Assembly (NCBI GenBank): GCA_043228905.1
Contig: JBHGNT010000015.1
Coordinates: forward strand, 11,408,001-11,472,000
Direction of reading: 5' to 3'
DNA length: 64,000 nt
Source: Azolla caroliniana
Taxonomy: Eukaryota > Plantae > Polypodiophyta
Shown: positions 49,995 through 61,100 of the stretch, piece after piece
How positions within the stretch are numbered: position 1 is the stretch's first letter
Layout: every line of letters begins with the position of its first letter
The notes under the pieces: generated by a model
The model's database searches: none
What the model saw: only the letters and a program-made list of their open reading frames with translations
What the model was told of the DNA's origin: nothing
Program-made: the position numbers and the translations under genes

Positions 49995-51755
49995 TTGTAT
50001 CAGAGACAATCTCTGTTGTTCGACAGCAACAGACAAACAGAAGAAGCTGAAAGAAAAGACCAGGTCAGAAATCTCAAGTTCACAAACAGAATATGGCTTC
50101 AACATCCGGAACAAGAGTTGAAATCAGAAAATTCGACAGCAAAAACTTTGCCTTGTGGAAGAAGATGATGCAAGATGTGCTGATCATTTGAAGACAAGTC
50201 AAAGCCATTCAACATAGTGAAAAACCTGCTTCAATGACAGCCGAGGAGTGGAGATCAACGGATGAAATTGCAAGCTCCACCATCCGAATGCATCTGGCCA
50301 AAAATGTCTATTTCAACATGGCAAAAGAGACGACTGTGTTCTCATTGTGGGAGAAGTTACAGGCCATTTATGAAAAGACGTCCTCATCTTCAAAACTGAT
50401 TTTGATCAAACAACTGTTCAACATGAAGATGAGAGAGACCGATTCGGCAAACTCCCACATCAACACCTTCAATCGAGTGTTGTCTGAGCTCTCATCACAA
50501 GGGATCAACTTTGAAGAAAAAGTGAAAGCCCTTGCCCTCCTATCGGGCTTGCCGGCGAGTTGGGAGGTATTCTGCACGACATACGCTAATAGCCGACCGA
50601 TCCTAAACTTGAAAGAAACAATTGGCCAAGTCCTCATAGAGGACATCAGGCGAAAATCGATGGGACTAACCATCGATGAGTCGGCAGAAGCCCATCATTC
50701 GACCGAGTTGTTCGACTCTCTCGGTCGAACAAAAGAACAAGCCGACAAAACCGATCGACGCTACAGCCGATCGAAAACAAGGGGTGGCCGATAGTGGTCG
50801 AAGTTGAAAACGGGCCGATCAAGCGAGTACTGCACACACTGCAAGAAAGCTGGCCACAATGTTTCTGACTGCTGGTCATTAAAAAGAAACAAGAGAGATC
50901 GGCGATCTGAGCGGAATCGGGGACGTTCCGACTCGGACCACTCTCTAGTCGGCAACCAGATCAATGTTGCCGACACCCGATCCAGAGAAATCCTCTCCTT
51001 AGAGGACTCAATGATCGGAGAAGTCCTTTATAGTGCACAAGTTGCACACACGTGGCTACTAAACTCTGGCCCCACATTTCACGTGACCCCCAACATTGAA
51101 TGGTTCTTGAACTATTCAACCGACGCCAGCGGCACAGTCCGACTGGGAAATGGGCAGGAGTGCAAGATAGCCGGAACCGGGGAGGTTCCCATCAGATTTT
51201 CAAAGGGCAACACAATAACCCTGCACCGAGTTCGGCACATACCTGATCTAAAGAGGAGTCTGGTCTCCATCAGCATGTTAGCCGAAGACGGGTATCGAAC
51301 AACTCTACACGAGTCGACATGGGTGATCAGCCGAGGAAACCTCAAAATTGGTAGTGGGCACAAGTATAATAATCTATACCCATTGATGGCGATCAACCCT
51401 GAAGGGGCCATGAACGTAGCCGAGAAAACCGACCCGAACCTATGGCATGGCCAACTTGGCCACATGTCTCAAGCCGAACTTGATCAGTTGATGTCGGTCG
51501 GCTACATCCTGAAACTCCAGGCAAAGACGGCCTTCTGCGAGCATTGTCGATATGGGAAACAGACCCGAAGTCTGCACTCTCTCCACTATTAGATGGTACG
51601 ACAGCCCCTATAGCTCGTGCACATAGACATATGTGGGCCCATGCCAAACCGATCACTGGGAGGCTCCTGGTACTTCATCACATTCATAGATGACTGTACA
51701 CGGAAAGTTTGGGCATACTCCATCAAGTCCAAAGATTAAGTGCTCGAGGTCTTCA
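49995..51755 (+). pseudogene. Ty1/copia 5' part (degenerate PBS, gag, protease, gag-pre-integrase, integrase start), cut by the 51756 LTR
   Basis: TTGTATCAGAG; KFDSKNFALWK; LWEKL..ALLSGLP.SW; CTHCKKAGH; WLLNSG.TFH; LWHGQLGH..CEHC; [15 protein letters not shown]. Confidence 0.85.
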
Positions 51756-52521
51756 TGTTAAGAGTCTATTACTAATCAATAGACCAAAGTAAAGTAAAAG
51801 AAGGAAAATAGATTGGATAGAAGAACCTGTTCCACCCAACCACCCCCGAGCTATGATCTAGACATAGCCAACCTACCACCGACGTCCCATACCGCCGGAT
51901 ATTAGGATGACTAATACCTTGGAAGAGATAAACACGATGTTGAGACGAAAGCCTAGCCCACACCACCGGTGTCTGAGACAGCAGCCTTCCAACGTACTGT
52001 CCTTATGAGGGTAGTTAAGGCTCATGTTTATACCTTTTCCTAGGCCCCTTGACTAGATGTGCCTTTCTAAAAGGCTCTCCATTCATTGGTTGTCCAAATC
52101 ATGATAGTGCATGCACCTATCATTCCTTCTATCCAATCATTAGTCCCCTTTTAAACATTAGTGAACATACCCTTTACTAATGTAAATATTAGTGACCTAC
52201 CCTCACCAATGTTATGTGTACATAACATACTCCCCTACTTCAAAAGTTTACACTCTTGCAATATAAAGTGAGGAAATTGTGCCTTAAGAGTATGCTCGCG
52301 TTCCCATGGGGCATCATCAATAGGTTTATCCATCCATTTGACCTTGAATAATCGAATCTCTTTAGAATGTAAACGTTTAGTACGAGAATCAAGAATTCAT
52401 TTAGGAACATGAGATTTGTAAGAAAAAACCTCTAATGTTACAAGATCTTGGATTGTGATGGTGTTATCACCAAAGCCTAAAAATGGTTTTAGACAACTGA
52501 CGTGAAAAACGGGATGAATAT
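51756..52521 (-). mobile_element. Chromovirus 3' end (INT C-terminus/chromodomain, PPT, LTR 51756-52227) in inverted orientation
   Basis: Reverse complement of ~47918-48680. Confidence 0.9.
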
Positions 52522-53640
52522 TGTTGTTGGGGTGGGAGGTGAAGCCTAGAACGGCTTCACCCCCCTCCCAAGGGGGGTTACGTGTGAGGGAAAGAGAGAA
52601 GTAAAGAAAATAGAGAATGACACAAAATGAGAGGGGGGGAAATGTATATCTATTACATGCCCATACGAGGTTTATATAATACATCCAATGTAACGGTTAC
52701 ATGACCGTTATAAATAAGACCGTTACACATTCTTGTACACATGCACATAATTGTGCATGTGTCCATACACATACTCATCCTCAGAGACTCATTTACTTTA
52801 CACATACACATCAACCACATCATTACACCTACCCTTATGCCGCCCCGTATATTCTTATGAGGGTAACACATGGCACGCCTGTGGGATAGTGCATTGCACG
52901 GTGAACCCACTCGCCATGGCAACACTTCTTGACCGGAACTCCATCGGTCATCTCAACGGTCGGAAATCCGTCGACCGGATCACTGCTCTACGATCGGTAA
53001 CTTCGATCAAAGCTTTTCTTGACTCGAACCTTCTCGTTCGGTGAGCACAAGTCACGATTGGATCATACACCAATGGCTAGTTCAATGTGGCATGGATCGT
53101 GAAATCGTGTTGTGCGTTGGGTTTTATGTTTTATGTTTTATACACCTTGGTCTTTCGAATTTTTATTTTCACCCTCAAGTTTTTAAAAATTTATCGTATG
53201 CCCTCCGATCTTTGAATTTTTCTTATGATTCCCTCGAGCTTTTGAAATCATTCACTATGCCCTCTCTTTTTGAGTTTTTGAAAGTCTCTTTTCTATCCTT
53301 GAGCTTTCAAAGTTTTGTGAAATGCCCTTATCTTTTTTCTTTTTCTTCTTTCTTCTATTTCTTCTTCTTTTGATTGTTTATCGTGATTTTCTATACCATC
53401 TTCTGTTCTAATTCTTGCTTCTTGCTTTCTTGCTTCTTGCTTCCTTGTCGACATTGCTTGCTTGTTGTGCAATTTCATCTTCTTCTTTGTATTTCTTGGC
53501 TCTTCTTCTTTATATTTTGTGGTAATTCTCTCTGTCTTCATTTCTCTGTGTCTTCCCTGCCACTTCCAGGGTTCCATTCTTTCCTTCCTTGCTTCCTTGC
53601 CGCTTCGTCTTCTGCTAACTCTGTCTAGCCGCTCGTTTTC
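52522..53640 (-). mobile_element. 3' end of a non-chromovirus gypsy: LTR (52522-52868) and upstream charged coiled-coil extra ORF remnant
   Basis: 52522-52650 is the reverse complement of the LTR end at 54780-54915; K/E-rich ORF 53293-53577; shares the 22-bp motif at 52871 with 58515. Confidence 0.6.
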
Positions 53641-54749
53641 TCTCCGACCAGTCCCTACCGTCTAACGGCCGGCTCTATTTTGGGCCGTCTCTCAGTCTGG
53701 CTGGTTATATGACCCCCTAGCCGGACTGGCTGTTCGGCTGGCTGTTGGCACCGACTGTCACCGTCTATCCGGTGCTCTATCTGTCCGACTCCATCCGTCG
53801 TCCACCGGGTTGTCGCTATCCGGCGGACGGTTCTATTCGACGTCGTCTATGGTTGCTAGACGCCGGTTGTCTGGCCGTCTGTCGGCCTTTTTCATTTGCT
53901 GGTCGTCTCTTAGCTGTTACTCGACTGTCGGCCATCCCTGAATGCGGCATGTTGTCGGAGCTCACAATGAGTGCACACATTTCTCTGTTGATGAATACTA
54001 GGTGCTTCATCATGTCCACCGATAGGAGATACGCAACGCACCCTATGCAATAGATGTTGAAGGACTTGGTGTCTGATCCCATTTTGTACTTGTTGATTAC
54101 CATAGGTGAGAGTGACAGAGGTTAATAGAAGAGGGAATAGTTGATTGCCCATAATGGCACAAGGATGAAGGCCGCCATGTCCACACCTACAAACTGCCCT
54201 CGTTTTTCATGGATCTAAAAGACAGTCTCCTTCTGCAATGACCAAAATACAACTTGTGGTAGCAACATGTTGCAGCAAGGTAAAATGATCTTGCATGTTG
54301 ATCTTCAGAGCAAGAAGATAACCAATAAGGGGGTGTAGATAGTTGGATGAGACGATGATCTGAGACTAGGACAATTAGAATCACAATAGTAGCTTGCTTT
54401 TGTTGTAGTTAATGAAGAAGCAAAATCAGAAATCATTTTTGAAGAGGATTAACACACATGCGGGACAGAAACCTTGTGCTCCCTGACCACACTAAACAAC
54501 CAAGAACAAGCAGAAGTTTAGGGTTATGAGAAAGAGAAATAGATAGACTTCCTCTCAAGGGGTAGTGTGGAGATCTCCATCACAGTTTGCCTGTCACACA
54601 GACAGTCCACGTACAAACCACACTCTCCAACACAGATACAAATAGACACGGAGAGAGGGAGAGAAGGAGGGATTAGTTAGGGATTAGTGATGCAGCGGGA
54701 GAGTGAGGGAGGGAGGGAGGGGGGTGAAGCCACCCAAGGGGGTTAAGTT

Positions 54750-57700
54750 AGAGAGAGAGCTAGAGAGAAAGACAAATACACAAATACAATTTTCCCCTCT
54801 CACATTTGTGTCATTTCCTATTTGTCTCTCTCTCTAGCTCTCTCCCTATCGTAACCCAAGGACCCCCTTGGGAGGGGGGTGAAGCCATTCTGCTTCACTC
54901 CCCACCCCAAAAACACTTTTGGCACGCTTGGTGATCTATGTCTTCTCAGAGACGAACAACGACGAATGGATGTTTAGCCGCAGACGCCCCAAAGAACCAA
55001 CACGACCCGATCGGCCAATCACAAGGTCCATCACACACCAGGCAGAGAAACGCGCACGGAAAAAGCCTTGCCTCAACAACCTCAACACGACCTGTCGGGA
55101 CCACAAAGGTGATTTCCCGCTCTCCACATACCTCGGCGATACGCGGGAAGCGCGTTCACCACAACAGCACTGTGGTCTTTCCCTGGCCGTCGTAGCCCCC
55201 AGCATGGCCTTTGCCATTCCCCGCTTTAACGACGAAACCGACACCGCAACCCACATTCGCTTGTTCCTCAATGTCTGGAATGCAAACCACATGCCGCAGA
55301 ACCTTTCGGAGGCAGTAGCGCACCAGTGCAAAATGACCGAGTTCGGGTTAACATTGGATGGGCGAGCGGCGTTTTGGCATTCGCAAATGGATATGCCAGC
55401 AATCACGACCTTCGACCAGTTGCAGTTCGCCTTTTTGCGGTTCTTCCATCGGAGGGCTCCACAACGCGAAATTCTCGGGCAGTTCTAAACAATTAAGCAG
55501 CTGCCGACCGAGACAATCGCGAATTTCAGCTTCCGTTTCCAAAATTTACAGCGGAAATAAGAACGGGGCCCGGCGGAGGACGAGGCTCGAGAGACAATTC
55601 TGGCGGCATTACGCCGACCCATACGGGCAACGCTCAACAACAATAGCGTGAAAGGGGAAACGGTCGATATGGTCATCGAACAAGCACTACAGCTCAAGTT
55701 GGACGACGAAGGAGAAAGGTTTTCCATGTCCTCATTACGACAAGCGTTTCCTCAGGACGAGGAGCGACATTTTCGTCAAGCAATCTAGTGCACTATTTGC
55801 TTGAATTCGGGGCATTCCGCAGTGGAGTGTAACATGCGAATCCTCTGTCCAATCTGTCACTCAAAAGCTCACACAGTTGAGCAATGCGAATACAATATGT
55901 TGAACAGAGTCACGCCCACAATACGCAGCATGGACACACAGCCTCCCCCACGTCGTAATGAACAAAGGAGGCAGAAAGACCGACCACGGTATATGGATCG
56001 CAACCCACGCGACAACCGGCACTACCGCACGATTCCGAGGAAGACGAGCCAGAGGATCAGGACTACCGTGGTCCCCCTAGGTATACTAAAGGGGGTCGGC
56101 GCTATGAGAATTATAGGCCGACAAACAAACGTGGCGGCTTCAACGGACCTCGGGGAAAGCAGCGGCAATATCAGGACCACCGGCGATATAACGAAAGCTC
56201 GGATGATGACCGGCACCAAGAACCACGCCTGGACCAACAGCAACCACCGCGTACGCTCCGACAAAGGGGGAGCAAGTCGCACCGAGGGATCGGCACACAC
56301 CACCAGGGGCCGAGAAGGGTGAATCTAGCATCCATTGTTTTGTTTGTCAGCAGCCCGGACATTATACCACACAATGCCCAGTACGCAAGGGCAAGGGGCT
56401 CGCCGTCAATATGATTACGACAAAAGTGCAGCAAGTCACGACACGTCAACAAACAAAAACGGCGGATTGGGCCGCACAAGATGAGATACGGAGAACAACC
56501 CAGACATGGGTTGAAAAAGCAAATGCGACAAATACGGAACACATGCGGAAGGAATCGGCAAAAACAATGGAGCTAGTGGAGGACGAAGGACCGGCCCCGG
56601 ACCCCATTTGGCAAGCACTGGCAGGCTGCGAGATAACGTTAACCATGGAGAAGCTGTTGCAACTAGTCCCACGCTTCCGCCAAACCATGGAAGAGCGGGT
56701 GATGGGCATACCCGGGGTGAGCATCGCTACGAATTTCACAGACATTAGCGACAGACCGTATGTAGTGGATCACTACAACCCGGCCATTACGTTGATATTA
56801 CACGATCAAGAAATCCCAGGATGCGTAATCGATGGCGGCTCAGGCGTTAATGTAATTAGCGCGAAAACATGCGAGCAGTTAGGAATTTCAGAATGGGAGG
56901 CTTGCCCGTTCTGGCTCCGTGTGGTAGATACTCACTCAATACGACCATTGGGGTTGATACGCAAGGTAGGAATTATCGTGGGAGGACATCGCTTCGACAT
57001 CTCAACGGTAGTCCTCGCCCTGGACGCCCCAGGGGCGTACCCTGTGCTGTTGGGCAGACCGTGGCTTCGTACAACGAATATCAAGCAAAGCTGGCAACAC
57101 AAGTGTATCAGTTTTCGACACGGATGCACCAAGGTTCACGTACCAATGGAGGAAAGGGCGACACAATCCAAGGGTATAACACCATTATACACGGAAGATA
57201 TAAATATGTTGGCTGGGGTGGATGATACAGAATTAGAGGCATACCTAGACGACCACCCTCGAATTATTCCGTTGTTCGAAATCGACGTCATCACAACCGC
57301 AGCAGAATATGCCACGGCCACTACTCTCCACGACGAGGCTTACGAACTAAACCCAGAGTCAATATTAGAACTAAGCAAAGCACGGGCAGCGTTCGAGAGG
57401 AAAATGGAAATTTCACGACGAGTCACCGCCTCAGCCCTGGAAGAAGTAAACGTGGGTATGGCGTCAGAACCACGTTTCCTCTCCATCGCAGAAGAATTAA
57501 GGCCAGACCAGAGAGACGCGATGATCGAACTACTCAAGAAATATAAAGATGTGTTCGCTTGGGCTCACAAGGACATGAAGGGGTTAGATCCGAAATTCTA
57601 TCAACATTAGATTAATTTAGCAACCGACGCAAAACCGGTCCAGCAGCGTCGCTACTGCATGAACCCGAACTACGCGACCCGCGTAAAAGAAGAAATTGAA

Positions 57701-57855
57701 AAAATCCTAAAGACGGGATTCATACAGCCAGTTAAACAAGCCACATAGTTAAGTCTAATAGTAGTCGTTCCAAAGAAAAACAGCAAAACACGAGTATGCG
57801 TAGATTACCGAAAATTAAACGTCGTAACCATTACGGGCGCATTCCCTTTACCCTC
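54750..57855 (+). mobile_element. Non-chromovirus Ty3/gypsy 5' part: LTR end (54915), tRNA-Arg-type PBS (54920-54934), gag with CCHC knuckles, protease (VIDGGSGVNV), RT start; truncated
   Basis: ORFs 54919-55488, 55801-56322, 56411-57610; YKDVFAW..DMKGLDP; PVQQR.Y.MNP. Confidence 0.85.
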
Positions 57856-57859
57856 CCCA

Positions 57860-58115
57860 GCTCACCGGCTCACCGATCCGGCTCATCCTTCCGGATACCG
57901 ATCCGTCTCAGGCTTATTCAGCCGATCCGGATCCAGTTGAGCTTGCCGCTCAACACTCCCCCTCAAGCTCAACTTGAGGTCGGATCATAGTGTCAGTTTC
58001 CATGGCAGGCGGTCCTTCCACCCGACTCATTCTGGCGTCACTCCGCCTCACTTGCGCTCCTCGTCCAGTCCGGTGTTGCCGATTTGGAACACGGTCCGCG
58101 GTCAGTCCTTCGACC
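57860..58115 (-). mobile_element. Copia PPT/3' LTR junction fragment related to 15130-15390
   Basis: GGCTTATTCAGCCGATCCGG...CGCTCAACACTCCCCCTCAAGCTCAACTT shared. Confidence 0.75.
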
Positions 58116-61100
58116 TAAACCTCCAAGTGGGTGTGGAACAACGAATAGGCGTCTAAGCATAATGCGTAGGGGAATGTTCCCTGTAACCTATTAGCGTATA
58201 AGGGAGACGGCTACAACCGAATCCTTAGCAAAGGTTACACTTACGTTCTTACACGCTTAGGTCTTCAAGACACACACAGTGGGTTAGCCGTAGCTATACA
58301 CAGAGAATTAGAGAAGATAGAATTCTATTATGAGACGTTTCTTACATTCCCAAAATTACAAGCCCCCTCTATCAGAGGTTTTCTGCCCTTTATATACAGG
58401 GGGTCTATTTAGCCATTCATGCTTCCTGCATGAACCGTTACATGCGTTATGATCTTATATTATTTCTTATTCCTACGCTCTTGTCCGTCGGTTACTATTC
58501 CGGCGGACAACACCTGGCACGCCTGTGGGATAGTGCCTTGGCATGTCGGACCCATCCCGTTAATCCTCTTCCAAAATGGCCCGGATGTTTGGCTCTACTG
58601 CGGTGTCCGCATCCGGAGGTGACATAGGGCCCATAGGTGCATCGTGGTGTGGCTCCCCTGTTTGGTCGGGCTGGTTTCTCCCAGAGTCACAATCGTCGTG
58701 TGTGGGCGGTCCGGGTACGGTGGGCTCTTCTTGAGCTAGTGGGTTGGGCTCCGCCGTTGTCGTGCTTGCAGTCGGTTGCGGCTCTGCCTCCATTGTTACG
58801 TCCTCCGTGGTGTCAGCCATTTTTGTACGTTCCGGGGAGTGGGGCGGAGATTCCGCCTGGCCCGCACCGTTCTCCGTGTGGTCCGATGATAGTGTAGGGT
58901 CGTGCGGATGAACCTCCTCTTGTGTAGTGGTTTCTCTGTCTGGTCCTGTTGGGGACTCCGCTCGTCGGTCCGCGTTGTTCTCCATTGTTGTCATTTCTGG
59001 TGATCGAGCCTGCGGTTCCTCTTTTTCGGTCGTGCCCAGAATTAGCGTCACACTGGATTCCTCGTTTGTGCGCGTGTTGCTAGCTTGTGTGATCTGGTGA
59101 AATAGCTCCTCCTGGCTTTCACCCAAAATCATATAAGAGCTGCACAAGTTCTTCGGAGTGTTGGTCCGCTAGTGCACGATAGTCTTGCGCTAGGTCCTCT
59201 CGTATGGACGCAATGCTCTCCTCATTTAGTTTATAGAAACCTCGGCCGTCTTTTCGCCGGTTCTCCTAGTCCGCACGATACGCATGCAATTCCGCTACTT
59301 GGGTTGCCCACGCCATCCATCCTTTGTCCAGCGCCGTTTTCAATTGCGTTGTGAACCTCTCCCGATTTTTTTGGAGAAGGATACGCACGTTATCTGTGAT
59401 GGCTTGGCAACGATTGCGTGCGTCCTCCATCAACTTCTAGAGGTTTGCGATTTCTTGTTGTTTAACCGCTACCACTTCTTCGTACGTGGCCTTCAGGCCC
59501 GCCCACAGTTGGGATTCCTTTGCATGCTGTTCTTCTAATTTCCCCATTTCATTGTTTAGGCGGGCTTCGAGTTGATGCCTTCTGTCTTGTTCGACCACCA
59601 ACTGCTTGTTGAACCAGACCTTTTTTTCTAATAAGGCCCGGAGTCCCGCGATTTCGCCTTTGATTTCTTCGCGTCCTCCTGTAATTGGGCGTTGTCGTCT
59701 TTTGTCCGGATGTGCTGAGCTACCTCCGTAGCGAGTTTCTCTTCAAGGGTTTTTACTACCTTCCAACCGTTAGCCCGTATCTCCTTTTCTCTGTCTGAGG
59801 ATTGGCGTAGTTCCGCTCGAAGGCGGTCAATTTTTTATTCCGCTAGTTGCACGGCCCTTTTCGCTTTTGAGGCGATGGCGGTCTGAGCCTCAATTTCTTC
59901 CTTTAAAGCATCGATGGCGTGGTTTGGTGGCGGAGTTGCGTGTTGCACCATAGCCGCGTGAGCTTCCAACTCCGCGATGCGTTCGTTAAGCTTTTTGTAG
60001 TTCGACTTGGGTCAGTTTCACCTTCTTCCAGACATTCTTATTTTTTATGGCCATCTCCTTGGCGCCCGTGTTGACCTTCGCCAGTTCCCGATGGACTTCG
60101 ACTAGGGCCGTGTTTAATGGGGGTATCTCCATCCCCACTCGGCGTACCCCGGCGTTCCTCTGTCTGCCGACCCTAGCTAACCTTGGCCGCTCATTTACGG
60201 TGTGGGTTCTCCGGCTCTGTCCTGTTCGGCGGTGAATGGGTTAGGTGGCGTAGGGTCTAGGTAAGGTTTGAGCCGAAACCCATTCACCTTTTGCTGGACT
60301 ACTTCCCCGACCAGCGTACCTAGTTGGAACGTGCCTTGTTCCGCTCCAATTATCCAGTATGGGCCAGTCCAGCGGAATCATAACTTCCCCGGCATATGGC
60401 CCATGCGAGTTTGGAAAACCAACATTGCTCGACCCACAGCGAACTCCTTTTCCCTTGCGTTCCGATGTCGATCCACAAACGCTTTACACCGTCGTTGTTC
60501 CTGTTCCAACACTGCCATGTTGTGGACGCGTTTTTCCCCTAGTTCGAGGAGTTGGTGGAGCCGTACCTCCTCCGACTTGGCTTCTGATAGTCGGTGTCGT
60601 ACCTAAATTCGCAAACTAGGTACCTGAAATTCGACCGGCATCACAGCCTCCAGCCCAAACGCTAGTCGAAACGGTGTTGACTGTATGCGTGTTTTGTAGC
60701 TGGTCTGTACGCCCATAACGCACTCTGTAGTTTGGTATCCCAGTCCGTTCTATTTTCATTGACGATTTTCTTCAAAATGGTCTACAACGTCCTATTGGTG
60801 GATTCTGCTAATCCATTCACCTATGGATAATATGGCGTACTCTTCTTATGGACTACGGCGTAATGAGGTGTTTATTCTCGAACAACCGTATTGAGAAAGT
60901 GGCTCCCCTGGTCATTGATAAGCTCAATCGGACAGCCAAACCGGCACCAGATGTGCTCGTAAAGGAATCTAGCTATGATGGCCGCCATATTTTCACATAG
61001 TGCCTTTGCTTCTACCCATTTTGTGCAATAATCCGTGGCTACCAATATGTATTTATTGCCCGTACGGGCTGCCGCCGGTGTGAAGGGCCCCACAAAATCC

